Source: Fidelibacterota bacterium 46_43
GTDB taxonomy: Bacteria > Fidelibacterota > Fidelibacteria > Fidelibacterales > Fidelibacteraceae
NCBI GenBank assembly: GCA_001509335.1
Contig: LGGY01000124.1
Coordinates: forward strand, 1 to 32,791
Direction of reading: 5' to 3'
Length of the DNA: 32,791 nt
Shown here: piece by piece, positions 9,368-17,958 of the stretch
Layout of the letters: each line of letters opens with the position of its first letter
Numbering within the stretch: the stretch's first letter is position 1
Translations under genes and position numbers: made by a program
The notes under the pieces: model-generated
What the model was told of the DNA's origin: nothing
The model's database searches: none
The model's input: only the letters and a program-made list of their open reading frames with translations

Positions 9368-10377
9368 CAGATACGCTCCAGCTTTTTTAATGCTTTCACT
9401 TTATCTCCATACATCCGGATGATGTAATCCATACGGTCATAGTGTGAAAACTGTTCTCTAAAGGTTTTTAATTCCCGGCGGGCGGAGAGATTTTCAAGGA
9501 GTTGAAGCTGGCTCAGAATCAACCGGTAATATCCCACCGAACAGGGGTCTGTTTTGGGATAATGATCCATGTCGCACAGGTTAAAACGGATCCAGTATCC
9601 CATATCATAATCAGGCAACCGCTTGATCAGGGTTTGAATTCCCGCATCAAACGCATCCTTTGCCCTGATTTTATCTGCGGGATAGAGATCTTCCGGCAGC
9701 GCCCGGTATGCATCAAAAAGTCCCAACAGGGAAAAATTGTGTCCGTCCAGCACCCGTGTGGGTTTTGTCGCCACATACTCTTCGTAAAAGGGAAGTCCTT
9801 CATATAAATCCGCCACTACTCCGCCATCCCGTATATCCACAAAGAAAAGATCGAGAATTCCCGGAATCAACACCAGATATTTTTCATCGGATGTCAGTTG
9901 CCACGCCCGTAAAAGGACTGACAGAGCCCGGCTTTGGGCAAAGGCGGATTTCCAGGGTTTGGTCACCCGGTATTCCGGCTTGGGAATATCCGTAAGCCAG
10001 AAAACACCGGTTTCATCCCGCTCCGCTTTTTCAAGAAACCAATCGGCAATACGTATAAAATGTTCGGAAACGGCAGGGTCTCCGCTTTGAACAAAACGGT
10101 TAAAACGGGCCAGGGCATATTGGCCTATGGATATAGGGTAATAATGGAAACGGGGTGATTCCACGTCGATATATGCCCTGTTCACAGGAACCCCTTTTTC
10201 ATCAAATCCGCTGATCAGACGGTTCAATCTTTTGGGGTCATCCTCAAAAAGAAAATAAAATTCCCCCAGCTCATGGGAAAAAAGGTTTGTTGACATGGCA
10301 AAGGGCGGGGATTTTTTTACAATATCCCGCCTGAACTTATTCAGCATAAATGCCATTTTTTGCAGGCGTTTAGCCAC
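9367..10377 (-). CDS. D-glucuronyl C5-epimerase family protein
   Basis: 'WKSAFAQSRALSVLLRAW', 'FYEEY', 'VLDGHNFSLLGLFD', 'LPDYD.G.W', 'YYRLILSQL' parallel the heparan C5-epimerase C-terminal domain. Start likely GTG 10377 (AAGGTGG SD) or ATG 10356. Confidence 0.8.
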   Translation of the reverse strand: MAKRLQKMAFMLNKFRRDIVKKSPPFAMSTNLFSHELGEFYFLFEDDPKRLNRLISGFDEKGVPVNRAYIDVESPRFHYYPISIGQYALARFNRFVQSGDPAVSEHFIRIADWFLEKAERDETGVFWLTDIPKPEYRVTKPWKSAFAQSRALSVLLRAWQLTSDEKYLVLIPGILDLFFVDIRDGGVVADLYEGLPFYEEYVATKPTRVLDGHNFSLLGLFDAYRALPEDLYPADKIRAKDAFDAGIQTLIKRLPDYDMGYWIRFNLCDMDHYPKTDPCSVGYYRLILSQLQLLENLSARRELKTFREQFSHYDRMDYIIRMYGDKVKALKKLERI

Positions 10378-11659
10378 GGTGTGCCACCTTAAACATGATC
10401 TCAGACAACTTGCGGACATTTTCCGATGTTTCATACTGCTTCAGGGATTCTCCAACAGGAAGAGAGATGACTTGTTCTTTTTCAAAAACACGAATCCACC
10501 GGGTTAAAAAATCTGCAATACCCGCCACATCTTGTTCCGAATAGACACCACCACTCTCGGTCCCGACCACCATGGATTCAATGACACCTCCCTTACCTCC
10601 GATCACGAGAATCGGTTTTCGCATGGCCAGGTAATCGTACATTTTCGCCCCGATGCTCTTATCGGAATAACCGCTCTGAGCCTGGATTTTCAGGAGAACA
10701 GCTACTGAGCGGGCTTCTTCCATCATCCTGTCATGTGGCATATACGGCTCAAAGGTTACCGGAACCGGTGAGGTGTGCTCAATATGTGTCCTATGGGCAT
10801 CATAGACCTTTCCGATAAACCGTAATTTCATTATTTTCAACACCTTATCCGGTAATTGACGGAGTGCTTCCAGCAAGGGGCAAGGATCCTGAAATTTACT
10901 CAGGGTGCCTGCATACAGAATCGTAAAGTGGGAAGAAGCTTTCGGCGGCCCATTCAGGCGTGTAAATCCGTTATGGATCACATGATAACGGTTTTCAGCT
11001 TTTTGCTTAAACATATCCACCAGGCCGGGACTTACCGTAATCACGGCCGTTGCTTTATTCAGGGCCTGCCTTTCAAAGTGGCGGTTCAGGGATTCAGCAA
11101 GGGCAGTACGATTCAGATCTTTTTCCCAGAATGCTTCCGTCCATGGATCCCGTAAATCCACAATCCAGGGAAGTCTGAAGAGTCGTGCCAGTTTTCCCGC
11201 ACCGATTTGAAGGCTGTGAGGGGGTGATGAACTGAGAATCAGATCCGGTTTTTCCCGGAGGATAATCCGGCGTCCCGCTCGTTTTAAAAAAAAATTCCAT
11301 CCCATCCGGGCATCGGGAATAAAAAAGTTGGCCCGGATCCATCGGGAGAATTTCTGGCTCAGTGATTCATTTTCATTCCGGCTGAGCACATAGGTCGGAA
11401 TTTCATCCTCTTTTCCCTTTCCAGTCATCCGTTTGTACAAACCAAAAGGTTCCACGGTTTTAGTGTAGAAAACCTTTAAATTTTGTGGAATTTCCCGGGC
11501 AAGTCCCGGATCTATGGCGGGATAATCGCCATGTTCCACCGTGAGCACAAGAGGTTCCCATCCGTATTCAGGTAAATGGTGTACCCATTTCACCAGGCGT
11601 TGTACACCCGGTCCACCGGCTGGCGGCCAGTAATATGTAATCATCAGGACTTTAGGCAT
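10370..11659 (-). CDS. GT4 family glycosyltransferase
   Basis: 'KVLMITYYWPPAGGPGVQR', 'SSPPHS', 'DLRDPW', 'AKMYDYLA..KPIL'. Start at MPKVL (11659), overlapping the yfhO stop. Confidence 0.9.
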   Translation of the reverse strand: MPKVLMITYYWPPAGGPGVQRLVKWVHHLPEYGWEPLVLTVEHGDYPAIDPGLAREIPQNLKVFYTKTVEPFGLYKRMTGKGKEDEIPTYVLSRNENESLSQKFSRWIRANFFIPDARMGWNFFLKRAGRRIILREKPDLILSSSPPHSLQIGAGKLARLFRLPWIVDLRDPWTEAFWEKDLNRTALAESLNRHFERQALNKATAVITVSPGLVDMFKQKAENRYHVIHNGFTRLNGPPKASSHFTILYAGTLSKFQDPCPLLEALRQLPDKVLKIMKLRFIGKVYDAHRTHIEHTSPVPVTFEPYMPHDRMMEEARSVAVLLKIQAQSGYSDKSIGAKMYDYLAMRKPILVIGGKGGVIESMVVGTESGGVYSEQDVAGIADFLTRWIRVFEKEQVISLPVGESLKQYETSENVRKLSEIMFKVAHRG

Positions 11660-14108
11660 GAGTTTCCGGCTCACGTCGTGATTTCCGTTCAAGCCACCAT
11701 CCGCCCCCGATTAAAATCCACACGATAATCACACCAATCCAGCTCACTACAAGTCCCCGTCGGTATGCCGGTGGATTAAAGCGCAGTCGGAGGGTTCCCT
11801 CACCGGCCGGGAGTTCCACTCCCCGTAGCATATAGTTGACACGGTATATGGGCAGGGGATTTCCCTGATATTCAGCAATCCATCCCTCATCGTAAAACAT
11901 TTCGGAAATAACCATAAACTGTTTTTCCGCTGTGTTGACAGAAAAGGTAAGGGAATTGGGGGTTTGAGATTCCAGTCGGACTGTGCCATTTCCACTGTAT
12001 TGTCCGTCGGCATCCAAGGCATAGGCAACGGCGGCCGGATTAAAGTCTTCACGATTCATGTTCCGGACAGCCTCTTCCCAGGAATCCACTTTTTCCAGAC
12101 GTTGAATCAACCAGGCTTTTGGCAGAGCACGGGTATTTTCATAAAGGATTTCCTTCCGGTTTTGATCGATAGCCAAGGGTTTGAGAAAAGCGTGTTCCAA
12201 CTGCCCGGAAGCAATAATATACCGGCCATTTAACATGTTTACCACATTCCAGTTCAGCCGGGCCGGGCCGGATCCCTCAAGCAGAAGGTGATCCACTGCA
12301 TCCTGAATTGTCTGAAGTTTTATTGCACTGTACCCGTTAATCAATGGATACCAATAGGCATAATGATTATCCTGAAAACCCTGTCCCACAACCAGTGCCC
12401 GGTATCCTTCCGGAGCTTTTTCCAGCATCCGGGTGATATCGGTGTCGGAAAACTGACGCCGCTCCATGACCTTTTCATTTCCAAGGGGAATTTGATTATA
12501 GGCTTTCCCGGTGATAATCCCCAGTTCCACCGAAACAAGTCCCAAAAGAATCAGGGCCAGGGGAAATTTTGCCAGTTTTTTAAAGCGGTATGCCGTAACA
12601 GCCAAACCGGCAAGTACGGTAATCCACAAAGCCCGGAGTAATTCACCGGTAAGTATTTCTTTCCGGACCGCTTTGAGGATTCCCAGGGTTTCACCGGGAT
12701 ACCTTGATGCTTCACCTGGAGCCATGTATGAAAACTGTCCCCGAAATAAAAGCAGAATGAGGATAAAAACCACCCCCCCTCCAAACACAAGGGGTTCAAG
12801 ATAATCTCTTTCATGCTCCCTGGGAGAGAAAAGGGCTTTTAATCCATAGCCTGCAAGAATCAAAAGGGTTATAAAGGTCATATTAACGATCATCACCGGA
12901 ACCCGGAATTTGGAAAAATAGGGGAAATAGTAGAAAAATAGTTTATAAAGGGGCATCAGGTGGTGACCGAAACCCAGAAGCACCGTAAAAACAGCAAAAA
13001 TCGTCAGGGATTTCACCTGCCCCAGCTTGAAATATCGGATGATGCCGATAAGCGCTAACAAAAAGAGCAAAAATCCCATGGAGTCATAACTTTGGGTAAA
13101 GGGCATATCCCCCCAATAACCAGGGAGGTTTTGTCCTTTCAGCCGGGGATAGGCATTCCCGTCATATTTTTCCGAGGACATACCACCGAAGAAACGGGGA
13201 AAAAAGAAGTTTAAAATTTCTTTAGGTGAAAGAGACCAGCGCGTGGCATAATCGAGGCTAACACCCTTGGCACGGGTTGCCGAGGCCTGTTCCTGGCCGA
13301 TTTGAAGGGGATTGCCCCCACGGGTTGAATGGGGCGTGTATTCATGCAGACTGATAAAGGGCTGGGCTGAGACCAAGACGGTTAAGACGACTGCCACGGC
13401 GATTTTAAGTGTCAGGTCTCCGAAAAGGCGATACTCTTTTCGAAAAAGCAGCCTCAAAACAGGGATCAGATAAAGGAAAAGAAGGATGAGGATACCGTAA
13501 AAAACAACCTGAATATGCTGGGTCCGTACCATCCAGGAAAAGATAAGGGCAAAAACACCCACAGTATACCATTTTCGTTTATCCACCAAAAGCTGAAAAC
13601 TCAGAATCAGCCAGGGCATGACCATAAAAGCCCGGAGTTTGCTATAGTGTCCCACATGAATCAGGGACTGCCAGTGTGGCAGCAGAATAAACCCAAGGGC
13701 CACAATTACAGCGGCATACCAGGGGATTTTCCGTGAGATGAGCAAGGCAAACATGCCAAGGCCACCCAGAAGGAAATACCAAAAATAGAGATAAGTAAAC
13801 TTCCCTAAAAATTCAACAAGCGTATCCGGATGGAGCAAAGGAGGTGTAATGCGATGGTATGTGGGCATGCCGCAGAAAAAACTGGGATTCCACAAGGCTT
13901 TTTCACCGCTTTCCTTTTCCCAATCCAGATACTTTCGGGTACTGGCAACAGACGCCACTGAATCCACACCCAAAGGGCGGACATTATTAAAAATGTACTC
14001 TGCATACAAAATGATCAGAGGAATCAGGAGAATAATCACTGCCGCCAGAAGAGCTTTTTTCCCGCTCAACACTTCCCATGCAGCCGGTTGCACATTTTGA
14101 TCAGACAT
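11652..14108 (-). CDS. YfhO family multi-pass membrane protein (predicted GT-C, lipid-donor glycosyltransferase)
   Basis: 818 aa, many TM helices; 'LWNPSFFCGMP', 'GH..K', 'YWGDMPFT', 'FSKFRVP', 'GYSAIKL', C-terminal 'SEMFYDEGW...RVNYMLRG..LPAG' plus a final TM helix. Confidence 0.85.
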   Translation of the reverse strand: MSDQNVQPAAWEVLSGKKALLAAVIILLIPLIILYAEYIFNNVRPLGVDSVASVASTRKYLDWEKESGEKALWNPSFFCGMPTYHRITPPLLHPDTLVEFLGKFTYLYFWYFLLGGLGMFALLISRKIPWYAAVIVALGFILLPHWQSLIHVGHYSKLRAFMVMPWLILSFQLLVDKRKWYTVGVFALIFSWMVRTQHIQVVFYGILILLFLYLIPVLRLLFRKEYRLFGDLTLKIAVAVVLTVLVSAQPFISLHEYTPHSTRGGNPLQIGQEQASATRAKGVSLDYATRWSLSPKEILNFFFPRFFGGMSSEKYDGNAYPRLKGQNLPGYWGDMPFTQSYDSMGFLLFLLALIGIIRYFKLGQVKSLTIFAVFTVLLGFGHHLMPLYKLFFYYFPYFSKFRVPVMIVNMTFITLLILAGYGLKALFSPREHERDYLEPLVFGGGVVFILILLLFRGQFSYMAPGEASRYPGETLGILKAVRKEILTGELLRALWITVLAGLAVTAYRFKKLAKFPLALILLGLVSVELGIITGKAYNQIPLGNEKVMERRQFSDTDITRMLEKAPEGYRALVVGQGFQDNHYAYWYPLINGYSAIKLQTIQDAVDHLLLEGSGPARLNWNVVNMLNGRYIIASGQLEHAFLKPLAIDQNRKEILYENTRALPKAWLIQRLEKVDSWEEAVRNMNREDFNPAAVAYALDADGQYSGNGTVRLESQTPNSLTFSVNTAEKQFMVISEMFYDEGWIAEYQGNPLPIYRVNYMLRGVELPAGEGTLRLRFNPPAYRRGLVVSWIGVIIVWILIGGGWWLERKSRREPETHA

Positions 14109-14126
14109 GATACCCCCGATAGTTGA

Positions 14127-15161
14127 TTATTTATAGTAATTCCGGACAAATCCGGTAAACGCATCCTGTTTTAAAATTACCCGTTTATAATAAGCCTGGA
14201 TAAAACCCAGTCCGTAGGCAATAATCTGGGTCGGCACAATAATTGGAATGTAGAGAAAAACCCGGGCATCCTTATACTTGATGATCCCGTGAAGCCCCAT
14301 CGCTAAAAGAACGAGGATGCCCAGTGCCGGAAGGGGCCAGAAAAATCCGGGAGCCAGCAGAAAGAGGACAAGGATCAAAACGGTAAACAAAGTCCCTGCC
14401 GCAGGCAAAAAGTGGACCGGTTCAAGCATTCTGCGATCGATTTTATACAGATTGATCCGGGCAACACCCCAGTTAAAAACCTGTTTGAAAAATTTTTTTA
14501 TGGAAGTACGCCGTTTATGATAGACAATAGCATCATCCACTTTTATCACGGGTTCGCCTGTGGCCAGAATACGGTTGCTGAACTCGATATCCTGTCCATG
14601 GCGGAGATCATTCATTCCGCCGATTTTATCCACGATATCAGCCCGGACACCCATATTGAAGCTCCGGGGATAATATTTGGACAATTTTTTTTGTGAATGT
14701 CCCCGGATTCCGCCGGTCGTGATGAAAGATGTCATGCTGTAATCAATGGCTTTTTGCAGGGGTGAAAAATCCGACCGGACCCTGTCCGGACCCCCAAATC
14801 CGGCCACATCCTGTTTGGACACGGCATCGGCATAGGCCTGAAGCCAGCGGGGATGGGCAATACAATCACTATCCACAAAAATGAAGTATTTTCCTCTGGC
14901 ATGTTTCATGCCCAGATTTCGTGCAGCACCGGGTCCCTGGTGATCCTGCCGGATAAAACGAAGATTCAGGGAGGTCTCCTGACTGAAGCTTTCTACAAAT
15001 TCCTGTGTTTTATCTGTAGAACCATCATCCACAATAAGGACCTCAAAATCCCCGGGGGGAAATATCTGGTCGCGGAGGGATAAAAGCAATTCCCGGATTT
15101 CAGACAGGCGGTTATAAGTGGGGATAATGACGGTAAAAAGGTAGGGATAATCACGCGTCAT
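14127..15161 (-). CDS. GT2 family glycosyltransferase with C-terminal membrane segments
   Basis: 'VIIPTYNR', 'VDDGSTD', 'GPGAARN', DxD 'FVDSD', 'GQDIEF', 'FFKQVFNWG'. Start at ATG 15161/15164 after AGGAGG. Confidence 0.92.
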   Translation of the reverse strand: MTRDYPYLFTVIIPTYNRLSEIRELLLSLRDQIFPPGDFEVLIVDDGSTDKTQEFVESFSQETSLNLRFIRQDHQGPGAARNLGMKHARGKYFIFVDSDCIAHPRWLQAYADAVSKQDVAGFGGPDRVRSDFSPLQKAIDYSMTSFITTGGIRGHSQKKLSKYYPRSFNMGVRADIVDKIGGMNDLRHGQDIEFSNRILATGEPVIKVDDAIVYHKRRTSIKKFFKQVFNWGVARINLYKIDRRMLEPVHFLPAAGTLFTVLILVLFLLAPGFFWPLPALGILVLLAMGLHGIIKYKDARVFLYIPIIVPTQIIAYGLGFIQAYYKRVILKQDAFTGFVRNYYK

Positions 15162-16083
15162 CATCACCTCCTGGTTCCCTTTTATTCTTCCTGAACTGAT
15201 ACACCAGCATTTCACCGATGAGTCCCATGGAAACAAGTTGAATTCCCAAAATCAGGAGTAAAATTCCAAAAAGCAACAAGGCCACATGTGTCTGGAAGGG
15301 TTCATGATAGGCATATTTCAAAATAAGGACCCACACTTCAACACCCGCCCCCACAACTACCGAAAGGAGTCCCAGCATCCCGAAAAAGTGCATAGGCCGC
15401 AGAGTAAAACGGGCAAGAAAAAGGACAGTGATCAAGTCAAAAAATCCTTTAAACATCCGTCCGGCACCGTATTTACTTTTTCCGGATGTCCGGGGATGGT
15501 GAGTGACGGGAATCTCTGTCACACGGAAGCCTTCCATTTTGGCCAGGACAGGAATATAACGGTGCAGTTCACCATAGAGGCTGATGGATTGCACCACTTC
15601 TTTCCGGTATGCCTTGAGCCCGCAGTTAAAATCATGGATGGGGATACCGGTCAGGAGGCTGGTAGTTTTGTTGAAGAGTTTACTGGGCAGTGTTTTATTC
15701 AGGGGATCATGGCGGACTTTTTTCCATCCGGATACCATATCCCAGCCTTCTTTCAGTTTGGCAAGAAGCCGGGGGATCTCTTCAGGATCATCCTGCAAAT
15801 CCCCGTCCATGGTAATCACATAGCGGCCTTTCACCTGGCGAAAACCGGCCTGTAATGCCGCGGCTTTTCCTTTATTCCGCCTGAAATGGGTAACAGATAC
15901 CTGTTCAATATCTTTTGCCAGAGTGTCCAGTATCTTAGGGGTCTGATCCGTCGAGCCGTCGTTGATGAAGTAAATTTCACCCTGAAGATTTTCTGACCGG
16001 AGTACTGCAAGAATTTTATCCGTCAGGGTTTTAAGGGTCCCCTCTTCATTCAGGACCGGTATGACAATGGAAACGTCAATCAT
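15151..16083 (-). CDS. Polyprenol-phosphate glycosyltransferase (GT2; ArnC/GtrB/CsbB type)
   Basis: 'IPVLNEE', 'NDGSTD', 'RNKGKAAAL', 'MDGDLQDDP', 'DFNCGLKAYR', 'HRYIP', 'G.SKY', two C-terminal TM helices. Confidence 0.92.
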   Translation of the reverse strand: MIDVSIVIPVLNEEGTLKTLTDKILAVLRSENLQGEIYFINDGSTDQTPKILDTLAKDIEQVSVTHFRRNKGKAAALQAGFRQVKGRYVITMDGDLQDDPEEIPRLLAKLKEGWDMVSGWKKVRHDPLNKTLPSKLFNKTTSLLTGIPIHDFNCGLKAYRKEVVQSISLYGELHRYIPVLAKMEGFRVTEIPVTHHPRTSGKSKYGAGRMFKGFFDLITVLFLARFTLRPMHFFGMLGLLSVVVGAGVEVWVLILKYAYHEPFQTHVALLLFGILLLILGIQLVSMGLIGEMLVYQFRKNKREPGGDDDA

Positions 16084-17668
16084 GATTCATAGCCTCCAAT
16101 TGGTCACGAGCCGGTTTATAATCGGGGTTTTTTTCCAGGGATTTTTGCAGAAGATCATTTGCTTCATCCCCCTGATTCATAGAGAGCAAAATCATGGCTT
16201 TATGATACAGCATCTCATAATCATCCGGGAGGACAGACAGGGCACGATTGATATAATTCAGCGCTTCGGGATACCGGCCCAGGCGGTACAAAATCCAGGC
16301 TGCCGTATCCAGATAAGCCCCGTTTTCCGGTTCCAGGGAGAGCGCTTTTTGGATCATATTCCAAGCTTTTGAAAGATCCTTATTGTGTTCTGCAAGAAGA
16401 TAGCTGTAATTATTGAGAATGAGGGGATTTTCTCTGTTTTTGGCTAACAGGATCTCGTACAGCTCTTCAGCCCGGGCACTTTGTCCGGTCCGGTCATAGA
16501 GTGCGGCAAGCATCTGAAGTACGTTTTCATTGTTCGGCTGGAGTGTCCGGAGGTTTTCCAAGACCCGAATCGCTTTCACCGGTTCATCCGATTCATCCAG
16601 GAGGAGGGCTTCCATGTACATCAAATCCTGATCATCCGGATGCAGGTCCCGGCCTTCCAGAATCACATCCAGTGCTGTCCGGATATCATCCTGATCCGCA
16701 AGCCAAAGGGCATAATTCCGGTAGGCAACCGGGAGAGCTGATCCTTCGTTCAGGGCCATATTGTAATATTTCCTCACACTGTCCGGCTCTTCTTTTTCGA
16801 TATAGACAATCGCCAAAAGATGAGGGAAGGCCCATTGTCCAGGCCATACTGCATGTCCCTGATAGAGTATATCCAGGGCCTTGTCCCATTCTCCGTTCCG
16901 AATCAGCTGATCGGCATATAACAGTTCAACCTGCGGAGAGGGATTCACATGCTCCCGCCAGCGGAGAAGGGTTTGCCGGGCTTCTTCCTCACGTCCCAGT
17001 TCTATATAGGTTTTATAAAGACTCTGATAAAAACGGCTGTAGTCGGGAATCTGTGAAATAAGTTTTTCCAGAAAGGGGATGGATGCCTCATACCGGCCCA
17101 GTTGGTGCAACACATCCACAATCCGGCCCAATACATCCGTATTGTCCGGATTTTTTTTGAGTAAACGCTGGAGTATGTCCAGTCCCTTTGCCGTATCATT
17201 CTGTTCAAAATAGAAATCCGAAAGATTATACCAGGCATCTTCATACCAGGGATAATTTTCTATCAGGTTAAGCCAGATTTTTTCTGCTTCAGCCATCTTT
17301 CCGTCCATGACAAGGGTAAGAGCAATCATATCAAAGAGGCCGGGCTGATCAGGGTTTAACTCCACAGATTTCAAAAAAGCGTTCCGGGCCTTAGTCATCC
17401 GGTTCAATGCCAAATAGGCTTCCCCGATCCGGGCATAAATGACAGGACTTAAAGAGTCAATGGATGCTGCTTCTTCGTATTCTATAAGGGCCCGGGCAAA
17501 ATCACCTGCCTGCCTGTATAACTCTCCGTATGCAAATTTCTGAACGGCCGTTGTAGGATAGGTGCGCTGCTTATCTTCCCCGGTTGAAACCAGGGCTTTC
17601 CGGCTTGAACAAGCGACCAAAAACAGAAAAAGAGAGAACAGAAATGTGTATGATAAAAGCTTTTTCAT
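16076..17668 (-). CDS. TPR-repeat lipoprotein
   Basis: Lipobox LVAC after MKKLL; many TPR units; C-terminal 'LNNYSYLLA...AYLDTAAWILY'. Confidence 0.88.
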   Translation of the reverse strand: MKKLLSYTFLFSLFLFLVACSSRKALVSTGEDKQRTYPTTAVQKFAYGELYRQAGDFARALIEYEEAASIDSLSPVIYARIGEAYLALNRMTKARNAFLKSVELNPDQPGLFDMIALTLVMDGKMAEAEKIWLNLIENYPWYEDAWYNLSDFYFEQNDTAKGLDILQRLLKKNPDNTDVLGRIVDVLHQLGRYEASIPFLEKLISQIPDYSRFYQSLYKTYIELGREEEARQTLLRWREHVNPSPQVELLYADQLIRNGEWDKALDILYQGHAVWPGQWAFPHLLAIVYIEKEEPDSVRKYYNMALNEGSALPVAYRNYALWLADQDDIRTALDVILEGRDLHPDDQDLMYMEALLLDESDEPVKAIRVLENLRTLQPNNENVLQMLAALYDRTGQSARAEELYEILLAKNRENPLILNNYSYLLAEHNKDLSKAWNMIQKALSLEPENGAYLDTAAWILYRLGRYPEALNYINRALSVLPDDYEMLYHKAMILLSMNQGDEANDLLQKSLEKNPDYKPARDQLEAMNHD

Positions 17669-17705
17669 GAGAATGCAATTTACCAAGGTGGGGGTGTTTA
17701 TGCAA
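17669..17705 (-). promoter_or_regulatory. Sigma70-type promoter for the TPR/glycan operon (near-leaderless)
   Basis: TTGCAT-N17-TAAATT with an extended -10 TG; ATG 8 nt downstream; no SD; lies just after a terminator. Confidence 0.55.
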
Positions 17706-17720
17706 AATGTTTACACATAT

Positions 17721-17749
17721 AAAAAACCCCTGCTGGCAGGGGTCTTTTT
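17721..17749 (-). terminator. Intrinsic terminator (potentially bidirectional)
   Basis: Minus strand ACCCCTG-CCAG-CAGGGGT followed by TTTTT; A/T runs on both sides. Confidence 0.85.
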
Positions 17750-17766
17750 ACATTTTTTTTCATCCA

Positions 17767-17958
17767 TCAGTTGAAGATTTCGTTTTTATTGCAAGCACAC
17801 ACAGAAACCATTTTCTGGTTGAACTTGACGCCTTCTTTATCACTGTTGACGGATTTGAACACTTTCAGGTGGGAGATTGCTTCACCACAGACGGGACACT
17901 TTTTCCCCTCTTTTTGCCGGTTGGCAATTTTTGCACCGAATCCACTGGGACGAGCCAT
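17767..17958 (-). CDS. Small basic CxxC/CxC zinc-ribbon protein; candidate bL38 (DUF4295)-like ribosomal protein
   Basis: 63 aa, GGAGG SD, TAATG coupling to the cyclase stop, terminator downstream, 12 K/R versus 5 D/E, CPVC and CAC. The gene looks real; the family call is from recalled similarity only. Confidence 0.7.
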   Translation of the reverse strand: MARPSGFGAKIANRQKEGKKCPVCGEAISHLKVFKSVNSDKEGVKFNQKMVSVCACNKNEIFN

